Source: Azolla caroliniana (Eukaryota > Plantae > Polypodiophyta). From it: a stretch of DNA of 64,000 bases. Position 1 is the first letter of the stretch; every line of letters begins with the position of its first letter. Shown in pieces: positions 52,584 to 64,000 of the stretch. The DNA lies in the NCBI GenBank assembly GCA_043228905.1, contig JBHGNT010000023.1:372001-436000 (forward strand), read 5' to 3'. The notes under the pieces were generated by a model that saw only the letters and a program-made list of their open reading frames with translations, was not told the origin of the DNA and ran no database searches. Both the position numbers and the translations under genes were made by a program.

Positions 52584-55500
52584 GCGAATCGAAGCTAACA
52601 ACACTAGCTATGATATGGAATTAAAAAATCAAGATTTTGAAACTCAGGTCGAGAGACATGAAGAAATTAGTAAATTAGAGGAGGGTGTTGACAAGAGCGC
52701 ATGAGTAAATTAAAATGTTCATACCTGGCTCTTGTGATATCGGATTTTAGTGTTCAAAGATGCCAATCGAAGCTAACAACACTAGCTATGATATGGAATT
52801 AAAAAATCAAGATTTTGAAACTTGGGTCGAGAGACATGAAGAAATTAGTAAATTAGGGGAGGAAGTTGATAAGAGCGCGTGAGTAAATTAAAATGTTCAT
52901 ACCTGGCTCGTGTGATACCGGATTTTTGTGTTCAAAGATGCGAATCGAAGCTAACAACACTAGCTATGATATGGAATGAAAAAATCAAGATTTTAAAACT
53001 CAGGTCGAGAGACATGAAGATATTAGGAAATTAGAGGAGGGAGTTGAGAAGAGCGCGTGAGTAAATTAAAATGTTCATAGCTGGCTCGTGTGATCCCAGA
53101 TTTTTATGTTCAAAGATGCGAATCGAAGCTAACAACACTACGTATGATATGGAATGAAAAAATCAATATTTTGAAACTTAGGTCGAGAGACATGAAGAAA
53201 TTAGTAAATTAGAGGAGGGTATTGCAAGAGCGCGTGAGTAAATTAAAATGTTCATAGCTGGCTCGTGTGATATCGGATTTTTGTGTTCAGAGATGCGAAT
53301 CGAAGCTAACAACACTAGCTATGATATGGAATGAAAAAAGCAAGATTTTGAAACTCAGGTCGAGAGACATGAAGAAATTAGTAAATTAGAGGAGGGAGTT
53401 GAGAAGAGCGCGTGAGTAAATTAAAATGTTCATAGCTGGCTCGTGTGATCCCGGATTTTTATGTTCAAAGATGCGAATCGAAGCTAACAACACTACGTAT
53501 GATATGGAATGAAAAAATCAATATTTTGAAACTTAGGTCGAGAGACATGAAGAAATTAGTAAATTAGAGGAGGGTATTGCAAGAGCGCGTGAGTAAATTA
53601 AAATGTTCATAGCTGGCTCATGTGATATCGGATTTTTGTGTTCAGAGATGCGAATCGAAGCTAACAACACTAGCTATGATATGGAATTAAAAAATCAAGA
53701 TTTTGAAACTCAGGTCGAGAGACATGAAGAAATTAGTAAATTAGAGGAGGGTGTTGACAAGAGCGCATGAGTAAATTAAAATGTTCATACCTGGCTCTTG
53801 TGATATCGGATTTTAGTGTTCAAAGATGCCAATCGAAGCTAACAACACTAGCTATGATATGGAATTAAAAAATCAAAATTTCGAAACTTGGGTCGAGAGA
53901 CATGAAGAAATTAGTAAATTAGGGGAGGGTGTTGACAAGAGCGCGTGAGTAAATTAAAATGTTCATACCTGGCTCGTGTGATCCCGGATTTTAGTGTTCA
54001 AACATGCAAATCGAAGCTAACAATACTAGTTACGATATGGAATTAAAAAATCAAGATTTTGAAACTCAGGTCGAGAGACATCAAGAAATTAGGAAATTAG
54101 GGGAGGGAGTTGAGAAGAGCGCGTGAGTAAATTAAAATGTTCATAGCTGGCTCGTGTGATATCGGATTTTTGTGTTCAGAGATGCGAAGCGAAGCTAACA
54201 ACACTAGCTATGATATGGAATTAAAAAATCAAGATTTTGAAACTCAGATCGAGAGACATGAAGAAATTAGTAAATTAGAGGAGGGTGTTGACAAGAGCGC
54301 ATGAGTAAATTAAAATGTTCATAGCTGGCTCGTGTGATATCGGATTTTTGTGTTCAAACATGCGAATCGAAGCTAACAACACTTTCTATGATATGGAATT
54401 AAAAAATCGAGATTTCGAAACTTGGGTCGAGAGACATGAAGAAATTAGTAAATTAGGGGAGGGAGTTGATAACAGCGCGTGAGTAAATTAAAATGTTCAT
54501 ACCTGGCTCGTGTGATACCGGATTATTGTGTTCAAAGATGCGAATCGAAGCTAACAACACTAGCTATGATATGGAATGAAAAAATCAAGATTTTGAAACT
54601 CAGGTCGAGAGACATGAAGATATTAGTAAATTAGAGGAGGGAGTTGAGAAGAGCGCGTGAGTAAATTAAAATGTTCATAGCTGGCTCGTGTGATCCCGGA
54701 TTTTTATGTTCAAAGATGCGAATCGAAGCTAACAAAACTACGTATGATATGGAATGAAAAAATCAATATTTTGAAACTTAGGTCGAGAGACATGAAGAAA
54801 TTAGTAAATTAGAGGAGGGTATTGCAAGAGCGCGTGAGTAAATTAAAATGTTCATAGCTGGCTCGTGTGATATCGGATTTTTGTGTTCAGAGATGCGAAT
54901 CGAAGCTAACAACACTAGCTATGATATGGAATTAAAAAATCAAGATTTTGAAACTCAGGTCGAGAGACATGAAGAAATTAGTAAATTAGAGGAGGGTGTT
55001 GACAAGAGCGCATCAGTAAATTAAAATGTTCATACCTGGCTCTTGTGATATCGGATTTTAGTGTTCAAAGATGCCAATCGAAGCTAACAACACTAGCTAT
55101 GATATGGAATTAAAAAATCAAAATTTCGAAACTTGGGTCGAGAGACATGAAGAAATTAGTAAATTAGGGGAGGGTGTTGACAAGAGCGCGTGAGTAAATT
55201 AAAATGTTCATACCTGGCTCGTGTGATCCCGGATTTTAGTGTTCAAACATGCAAATCGAAGCTAACAACACTAGCTACGATATGGAATTAAAAAATCAAG
55301 ATTTTGAAACTTAGGTCGAGAGACATGAAGAAATTAGTAAATTAGAGGAGGGTGTTGACGAGATCGTGTGAGTAAATTAAAATGTTCATCCCTGGCTCGT
55401 GTGATATCGGATTTTTGTGTTCAGATATGCCAATCGAAGCTAACAACACTAGCTTTAATATGGAATTAAAAAATCAAGATTTTGAAACTCAGGTCGAGAG

Positions 55501-58500
55501 ACATGAAGAAATTAGTAAATTAGGGGAGGGAGTTGACAAGAGCGCGTGAGTAAATTAAAATGTTCATACGTGGCTTGTGTGATCCCGGATTTTTGTGTTC
55601 AAAGATGCCAATCGAAGCTAACAACACTAGCTATGATATGAAATGAAAAAATAAAGATTTTGAAACTCAGGTCGAGAGCGCGTGAGTAAATTAAAATGCT
55701 CATAGCTGGCTCGTGTGATATCGGATTTTAGTGTTCAAACATGCGAATCGAAGCTAACAACACTTGCTATGATATGGATTTAAAAAATCAAGATTTTGAA
55801 ACTCAGGTCGAGAGACATGAAGAAATTAGTAAATTAGGGGAGGGAGTTGAGAAGAGCGCGTGAGTAAATTAAAATGTTCATAGCTGGCTCGTGTGATATC
55901 GGATTTTTGTGTTCAAACATGCGAATCGAAGCTAACAACACTTGCTATGATATGGAATTAAAAAATCAAGATTTTGAAACTCAGGTCGAGAGACATGAAG
56001 AAATTAGTAAAGTAGGGGAGGGAGTTGAGAAGAGCGCGTGAGTAAATTAAAATGTTCATAGCTGGCTCGTGTGATATCGGATTTTAGTGTTCAAACATGC
56101 GAATCGAAGCTAACAACACTAACTATGATATGGAATGAAAAAATCAAGATTTTGAAACTTGGGTCGAGAGATATCAAGAAATTAGTAAATTACATGAGGG
56201 AGTTGAGAAGAGCGCGTGAGTAAATTAAAATGCTCATAGCTGGCTCGTGTGATATCGGATTTTAGTGTTCAAACATGAGAATCGAAGCTAACAACACTAG
56301 CTATGATATGGAATTAAAAAATCAAGATTTTGAAACTTGGGTCGAGAGACATGAAGAAATTAGTAAATTACATGAGGGAGTTGACAAGAGCGCGTGAGTA
56401 AATTAAAATGTTCATAGCTGGCTCGTGTGATATCGGATTTTAGTGTTCAAACATGCGAATCAAAGCTAACAACACTAGCTATGATAAGGAATGAAAAAAT
56501 CAAGATTTTGAAACTCAGGTCGAGAGACATGAAGATATTAGTAAATTAGAGGAGGGAGTTGAGAAGAGCGCGTGAGTAAATTAAAATGTTCATAGCTGGC
56601 TCGTGTGATATCGGATTTTAGTGTTCAAACATGCGAATCGAAGTTATGATATGGAATTAAAAAATCAAGATTTTGAAACTCAGATCGAGAGACATGAAGA
56701 AATTAGTAAATTAGAGGAGGGTGTTGACAAGAGCGCATGAGTAAATTAAAATGTTCATACCTGGCTCTTGTGATATCGGATTTTAGTGTTCAAAGATACC
56801 AATCGAAGCTACCAACACTAGCTATGATATGGAATTAAAAAATCAAGATTTCGAAACTCAGATCGAGAGACATGAAGAAATTAGTAAATTAGAGGAGAGT
56901 GTTGACGAGAGCGCGTGAGGAAATTAAAATGTTCATAGCTGGCTCGTGTGATATCGGATTTTTGTGTTCAGAGATGCGAATCGAAGCTAACAACACTAGC
57001 TATGATATGGAATTAAAAAATCAAGATTTTGAAACTCAGGTCGAGAGACATGAAGAAATTAGTAAATTAGAGGAGGGTGTTGACAAGAGCGCATGAGTAA
57101 ATTAAAATGTTCATACCTGGCTCTTGTGATATCGGATTTTAGTGTTCAAAGATGCCAATCGAAGCTAACAACACTAGCTATGATATGGAATTAAAAAATC
57201 AAGATTTTGAAACTTGGGTCGAGAGACATGAAGAAATTAGTAAATTAGGGGAGGAAGTTGATAAGAGCGCGTGAGTAAATTAAAATGTTCATACCTGGCT
57301 CGTGTGATACCGGATTTTTGTGTTCAAAGATGCGAATCGAAGCTAACAACACTAGCTATGATATGGAATGAAAAAATCAAGATTTTAAAACTCAGGTCGA
57401 GAGACATGAAGATATTAGGAAATTAGAGGAGGGAGTTGAGAAGAGCGCGTGAGTAAATTAAAATGTTCATAGCTGGCTCGTGTGATCCCAGATTTTTATG
57501 TTCAAAGATGCGAATCGAAGCTAACAACACTACGTATGATATGGAATGAAAAAATCAATATTTTGAAACTTAGGTCGAGAGACATGAAGAAATTAGTAAA
57601 TTAGAGGAGGGTATTGCAAGAGCGCGTGAGTAAATTAAAATGTTCATAGCTGGCTCGTGTGATATCGGATTTTTGTGTTCAGAGATGCGAATCGAAGCTA
57701 ACAACACTAGCTATGATATGGAATGAAAAAATCAAGATTTTGAAACTCAGGTCGAGAGACATGAAGAAATTAGTAAATTAGAGGAGGGAGTTGAGAAGAG
57801 CGCGTGAGTAAATTAAAATGTTCATAGCTGGCTCGTGTGATATCGGATTTTTGTGTTCAAACATGCGAATCGAAGCTAACAACACTTGCTATGATATGGA
57901 ATTAAAAAATCAAGATTTTGAAACTCAGGTCGAGAGACATGAAGAAATTAGTAAAGTAGGGGAGGGAGTTGAGAAGAGCGCGTGAGTAAATTAAAATGTT
58001 CATAGTTGGCTCGTGTGATATCGGATTTTTGTGTTCAGAGATGCGAATCGAAGCTAACAACACTAGCTATGATATGGAATTAAAAAATCAAGATTTTGAA
58101 ACTCAGGTCGAGAGACATGAAGAAATTAGTAAATTAGAGGAGGGTGTTGACAAGAGCGCATGAGTAAATTAAAATGTTCATACCTGGCTCTTGTGATATC
58201 GGATTTTAGTGTTCAAAGATGCCAATCGAAGCTAACAACACTAGCTATGATATGGAATTAAAAAATCAAGATTTTGAAACTTGGGTCGAGAGACATGAAG
58301 AAATTAGTAAATTAGAGGAGGGTGTTGACGAGAGCGCGTGAGTAAATTAAAATGTTCATAGCTGGCTCGTGTGATATCAGATTTTAGTGTTCAAACATGC
58401 GAATCGAAGCTAACAACACCAACTATGATATGTAATTAAGAAATCAAGATTTTGAGACTAAGGTCGAGAGACATGAAGAAATTAGTAAATTAGGGGAGGG

Positions 58501-61500
58501 AGTTGATAAGAGCGCGTGAGTAAATTAAAATGTTCATACCTGGCTCGTGTGATCCCGGATTTTTGTGTTCAAAGATGCCAATCGAAGCTAACAATACTAG
58601 TTATGATATGGAATTAAAAAATCAAGATTTTGAAACTCAGGTCGAGAGACATGAAGAAATTAGTAAATTAGGGGAGGGAGTTGAGAAGAGCGCGTGAGTA
58701 AATTAAAATGTTCATAGCTGGCTCGTGTGATATCGGATTTCTGTGTTGAAACATGCGAATCGAAGCTAACAACACTTGCTATGATATGGAATTAAAAAAT
58801 CAAGATTTTGAAACTCAGGTCGAGAGACATGAAGAAATTAGTAAATTAGGGGAGGGAGTTGAGAAGAGCGCGTGAGTAAATTAAAATGTTCATAGCTGGC
58901 TCGTGTGATATCGGATTTTTGTGTTCAAACATGCGAATCGAAGCTAACAACACTTCCTATGATATGGATTTAAAAAATCGAGATTTTGAAACTCAGGTCG
59001 AGAGACATGAAGAAATTAGTAAATTAGGGGAGGGAGTTGAGAAGAGCGCGTGAGTAAATTAAAATGTTCATAGCTGGCTCGTGTGATATCGGATTTTTGT
59101 GTTCAAACATGCGAATCGAAGCTAACAACACTTGCTATGATATGGAATTAAAAAATCAAGATTTTGAAACTCAGGTCGAGAGACATGAAGAAATTAGTAA
59201 AGTAGGGGAGGGAGTTGAGAAGAGCGCGTGAGTAAATTAAAATGTTCATAGTTGGCTCGTGTGATATCGGATTTTTGTGTTCAGAGATGCGAATCGAAGC
59301 TAACAACACTAGCTATGATATAGAATTAAAAAATCAAGATTTTGAAACTCACGTCGAGAGACATGAAGAAATTAGTAAATTAGAGGAGGGTGTTGACAAG
59401 AGCGCATGAGTAAATTAAAATGTTCATACCTGGCTCTTGTGATATCGGATTTTAGTGTTCAAAGATGCCAATCGAAGCTAACAACACTAGCTATGATATG
59501 GAATTAAAAAATCAAGATTTTGAAACTTGGGTCGAGAGACATGAAGAAATTAGTAAATTAGAGGAGGGTGTTGATGAGAGCGCGTGAGTAAATTAAAATG
59601 TTCATAGCTGGCTCGTGTGATATCGGATTTTAGTGTTCAAACATGCGAATCGAAGCTAACAACCCCAACTATGATATGTAATTAAAAAATCAAGATTTTG
59701 AGACTAAGGTCGAGAGACATGAAGAAATTAGTAAATTAGGGGAGGGAGTTGATAAGAGCGCGTGAGTAAATTAAAATGTTCATACCTGGCTCGTGTGATC
59801 CCGGATTTTTGTGTTCAAAGATGCCAATCGAAGCTAACAATACTAGTTATGATATGGAATTAAAAAATCAAGATTTTGAAACTCAGGTCGAGAGACATGA
59901 AGAAATTAGTAAATTAGGGGAGGGAGTTGAGAAGAGCGCGTGAGTAAATTAAAATGTTCATACCTGGCTCGTGTGATATCGGATTTTTGTGTTCAGAGAT
60001 GCGAATCGAAGCTAACAACACTTGGTATGATATGGAATTAAAAAATCAAGATTTTGAGACTAAGGTCGAGAGACATCAAGAAATTAGTAAATTAGGGGAG
60101 GGAGTTGATAAGAGCGCGTGAGTAAATTAAAATGTTCATACCTGGCTCGTGTGATCCCGGATTTTTGTGTTCAAAGATGCCAATCGAAGCTAACAAGACT
60201 AGTTACGATATGGAATTAAAAAATCAAGATTTTGAAACTCAGGTCGAGAGACATGAAGAAATTAGTAAATTAGGGGAGGAAGTTGAGAAGAGCGCGTGAG
60301 TAAATTAAAATGTTCATAGCTGGCTCGTGTGATATCGGATTTTTGTGTTCAAACATGCGAATCGAAGCTAACAACACTTGCTATGATATGGAATTAAAAA
60401 ATCAAGATTTTGAAACTCAGGTCGAGAGACATGAAGAAATTAGTAAAGTAGGGGAGGGAGTTGAGAAGAGCGCGTGAGTAAATTAAAATGTTCATAGCTG
60501 GCTCGTGTGATATCGGATTTTTGTGTTCAGAGATGCGAATCGAAGCTAACAACACTAGCTATGATATGGATTTAAAAAATCAAGATTTTCAAACTTGGGT
60601 CGAGAGACATGAAGAAATTAGTAAATTAGAGGAGGGTGTTGACGAGAGCGCGTGAGTAAATTAAAATGTTCATAGCTGGCTCGTGTGATATCGGATTTTA
60701 GTGTTCAAACATGCGAATCGAAGCTAACAACACCAACTATGATATGGAATTAAAAAATCAAGATTTTGAGACTAAGGTCGAGAGACATGAAGAAATTAGT
60801 AAATTAGGGGAGGGAGTTGATAAGAGCGCGTGAGTAAATTAAAGTGTTCATACCTGGCTCGTGTGATCCCGGATTTTTGTGTTCAAAGATGCCAATCGAA
60901 GCTAACAATACTAGTTATGATATGGAATTAAAAAATCAAGATTTTGAAACTCAAGTCGAGAGACATGAAGAAATTAGTAAATTAGGGGAGGGAGTTGAGA
61001 AGAGCGCGTGAGTAAATTAAAATGTTCATAGCTGGCTCGTGTGATATCGGATTTTTGTGTTCAAACATGCGAATCGAAGCTAACAACACTTGCTATGATA
61101 TGGAATTAAAAAATCAAGATTTTGAAACTCAGGTCGAGAGACATGAAGAAATTAGTAAATTAGGGGAGGGAGTTGAGAAGAGCGCGTGAGTAAATTCAAA
61201 TGTTCATAGCTGGCTCGTGTGATATCGGATTTTTGTGTTCAAACATGCGAATCGAAGCTAACAACACTTGCTATGATATGGATTTAAAAAATCAAGATTT
61301 TGAAACTCAGGTCGAGAGACATGAAGAAATTAGTAAATTAGGGGAGGGAGTTGAGAAGAGCGCGTGAGTAAATTAAAATGTTCATAGCTGGCTCGTGTGA
61401 TATCGGATTTTTGTGTTCAAACATTCGAATCGAAGCTAACAACACCAACTATGATATGGAATTAAAAAATCAAGATTTTGAGACTAAGGTCGAGAGACAT

Positions 61501-64000
61501 GAAGAAATTAGTAAATTAGGGGAGGGAGTTGATAAGAGCGCGTGAGTAAATTAAAATGTTCATACCTGGCTCGTGTGATCCCGGATTTTTGTGTTCAAAG
61601 ATACCAATCGAAGCTAACAATACTAGTTATGATATGGAATTAAAAAATCAAGATTTTGAAACTCAGGTCGAGAGACATGAAGAAATTAGTAAATTAGGGG
61701 AGGGAGTTGAGAAGAGCGCGTGAGTAAATTAAAATGTTCATAGCTGGCTCGTGTGATATCGGATTTTTGTGTTCAAACATGCGAATCGAAGCTAACAACA
61801 CTTGCTATGATATGGATTTAAAAAATCAAGATTTTGAAACTCAGGTCGAGAGACATGAAGAAATTAGTAAATTAGGGGAGGGAGTTGAGAAGAGCGCGTG
61901 AGTAAATTAAAATGTTCATAGCTGGCTCGTGTGATATCGGATTTTTGTGTTCAAACATGCGAATCGAAGCTAACAACACTTGCTATGATATGGAATTAAA
62001 AAATCAAGATTTTGAAACTCAGGTCGAGAGACATGAAGAAATTAGTAAATTAGGGGAGGCAGTTGTGATATCGGATTTTAGTGTTCAAAGATGCCAATCG
62101 AACCTAACAACACTAGCTATGATATGGAATTAAAAAATCAAGATTTTGAGACTAAGGTCGAGAGACATGAAGAAATTAGTAAATTAGGGGAGGGAGTTGA
62201 TAAGAGCGCGTGAGTAAATTAAAATGTTCATACCTGGCTCGTGTGATATCGGATTTTTGTGTTCAGAGATGCGAATCGAAGCTAACAACACTTGGTATGA
62301 TATGGAATTAAAAAATCAAGATTTTGAGACTAAGGTCGAGAGACATCAAGAAATTAGTAAATTAGGGGAGGGAGTTGATAAGAGCGCGTGAGTAAATTAA
62401 AATGTTCATACCTGGCTCATGTGATCCCGGATTTTTGTGTTCAAAGATGCCAATCGAAGCTAACAATACTAGTTACGATATGGAATTAAAAAATCAAGAT
62501 TTTGAAACTCAGGTCGAGAGACATGAAGAAATTAGTAAATTAGGGGAGGGAGTTGAGAAGAGCGCATGAGTAAATTAAAATGTTCATACCTGGCTCTTGT
62601 GATATCGGATTTTAGTGTTCAAAGATGCCAATCGAAGCTAACAACACTAGCTATGATATGGAATTAAAAAATCAAGATTTTGAGACTAAGGTCGAGAGAC
62701 ATGAAGAAATTAGTAAATTAGGGGAGGGAGTTGATAAGAGCGCGTGAGTAAATTAAAATGTTCATACCTGGCTCGTGTGATCCCGGATTTTTGTGTTCAA
62801 AGATGCCAATCGAAGCTAACAATACTAGTTATGATATGGAATTAAAAAATCAAGATTTTGAAACTCAGGTCGAGAGACATGAAGAAATTAGTAAATTAGG
62901 GAAGGGAGTTGATAAGAGCGCGTGAGTAAATTAAAATGTTCATACCTGGCTCGTGTGATATCGGATTTTAGTGTTCAAAGATGCCAATCGAAGCTAACAA
63001 CACTAGCTATGATATGGAATTAAAAAATCAAAATTTCGAAACTTGGGTCGAGAGACATTAAGAAATTCGTAAATTAGGGGAGGGAGTTGAGAAAAGCGCG
63101 TGAGTAAATTAAAATGTTCATAGCTGGCTCGTGTGATATCGGATTTTTGTGTTCAAACATGCGAATCGAAGCTAACAACACTTGCTATGATATGGAATTA
63201 AAAAATCAAGATTTTGAAACTCAGGTCGAGAGACATGAAGAAATTAGTAAAGTAGGGGAGGGAGTTGAGAAGAGCGCGTGAGTAAATTAAAATGTTCATA
63301 CCTGGCTCGTGTGATATCGGATTTTTGTGTTCAGAGATGCGAATCGAAGCTAACAACACTAGCTATGATATGGAATTAAAAAATCAAGATTTTCAAACTT
63401 GGGTCGAGAGACATGAAGAAATTAGTAAATTAGAGGAGGGTGTTGACGAGAGCGCGTGAGTAAATTAAAATGTTCATAGCTGGCTCGTGTGATATCGGAT
63501 TTTAGTGTTCAAACATGCGAATCGAAGCTAACAACACCAACTATGATATGGAATTAAAAAATCAAGATTTTGAGACTAAGGTCGCGAGACATGAAGAAAT
63601 TAGTAAATTAGGGGAGGGAGTTGATAAGAGCGCGTGAGTAAATTAAAATGTTCATACCTGGCTCGTGTGATCCCGGACTTTTGTGTTCAAAGATGCCAAT
63701 CGAAGCTAACAATACTAGTTATGATATGGAATTAAAAAATCAAGATTTTGAAACTCAAGTCGAGAGACATGAAGAAATTAGTAAATTAGGGGAGGGAGTT
63801 GAGAAGAGCGCGTGAGTAAATTAAAATGTTCATAGTTGGCTCGTGTGATATCGGATTTTTGTGTTCAGAGATGCGAATCGAAGCTAACAACACTAGCTAT
63901 GATATGGAATTAAAAAATCAAGATTTTGAAACTCAGGTCGAGAGACATGAAGAAATTAGTAAATTAGAGGAGGGTGTTGACAAGAGCGCATGAGTAAATT

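Larger units (their letters stand above)
1..64000 (+). repeat. Tandem satellite array, 178-bp monomer, about 360 copies, single orientation (probably plant heterochromatin)
   Basis: Approximate consensus GAGCGCGTGAGTAAATTAAAATGTTCATAGCTGGCTCGTGTGATATCGGATTTTTGTGTTCAAACATGCGAATCGAAGCTAACAACACTAGCTATGATATGGAATTAAAAAATCAAGATTTTGAAACTCAGGTCGAGAGACATGAAGAAATTAGTAAATTAGGGGAGGGAGTTGAGAA. One monomer counted at 8821-8998 is 178 bp. Spacings between identical markers are multiples of 178 after correcting for visible indels (44343 to 45589 = 7x178). The array runs off both window ends. Confidence 0.99.
28860..64000 (+). repeat. Large ~23.7-kb duplication: 28860-37500 matches 52584-61224 (offset 23724); 40720-43479 matches 61240-64000 (offset 20521)
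   Basis: Rare variants are collinear: 29137/52861, 31954/55678, 32919/56643, 33175/56899, 37117/60841, 37471/61195, then 40901/61422, 41544/62065, 43061/63582. Confidence 0.92.

Noticed and set aside
33175-57096. Repeated 62-65 aa ORFs (MLTRAREEIKMFIAGSCDIG...)
   Set aside because: A single T>G variant (GAGTAA>GAGGAA) removes a stop codon in the satellite frame. Each ORF spans about one monomer, uses a non-ATG start and has no gene context.
41391-62133. Two 73-aa ORFs
   Set aside because: They result from the 44-bp deletion removing stop codons, and are duplicated passively with the array.
1-64000. CRISPR array or other repeat-spacer system
   Set aside because: There are no unique spacers: the entire 178 bp is repeated, and no cas or other genes are present.
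1-64000. Arabidopsis CEN178, 5S rDNA or tRNA tandem array
   Set aside because: The length matches CEN178 but the sequence does not resemble it as I recall it. I see no 5S coding sequence or tRNA cloverleaf/box A-B pattern. No database search was possible.
1-64000. A single regular higher-order repeat
   Set aside because: Duplication units vary (3, 5, 7, 10, 13, 15 and about 134 monomers) and mostly occur only twice. This is nested block duplication, not a fixed higher-order repeat.
1-64000. Transposon insertions or inversions
   Set aside because: I saw no non-satellite sequence other than the telomeric tracts and the 10-bp patch, and no strand switch.

Overview
The whole 64 kb window is one uninterrupted head-to-tail array of an AT-rich 178-bp satellite monomer (about 360 copies, all in one orientation). 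It contains no genes, transposons or RNA genes, and the listed ORFs are chance read-throughs of satellite variants. Monomer size and the Arabidopsis-type TTTAGGG repeats point to plant centromeric, pericentromeric or subtelomeric heterochromatin; I do not recognise the satellite family. The most notable signal is three short, perfect (TTTAGGG)n tracts from two independent events, at 4487, 46443 and 48746. Each starts exactly at a GGG(T) seed in the monomer, and two rejoin the satellite through a TTAGGG microhomology, which looks like telomerase-type addition at a break followed by end-joining back into the array. Diagnostic SNPs and deletion monomers also reveal nested duplications of 3, 5, 7, 10, 13 and 15 monomers, a ~23.7 kb duplication, and a left-to-right turnover of monomer subfamilies.
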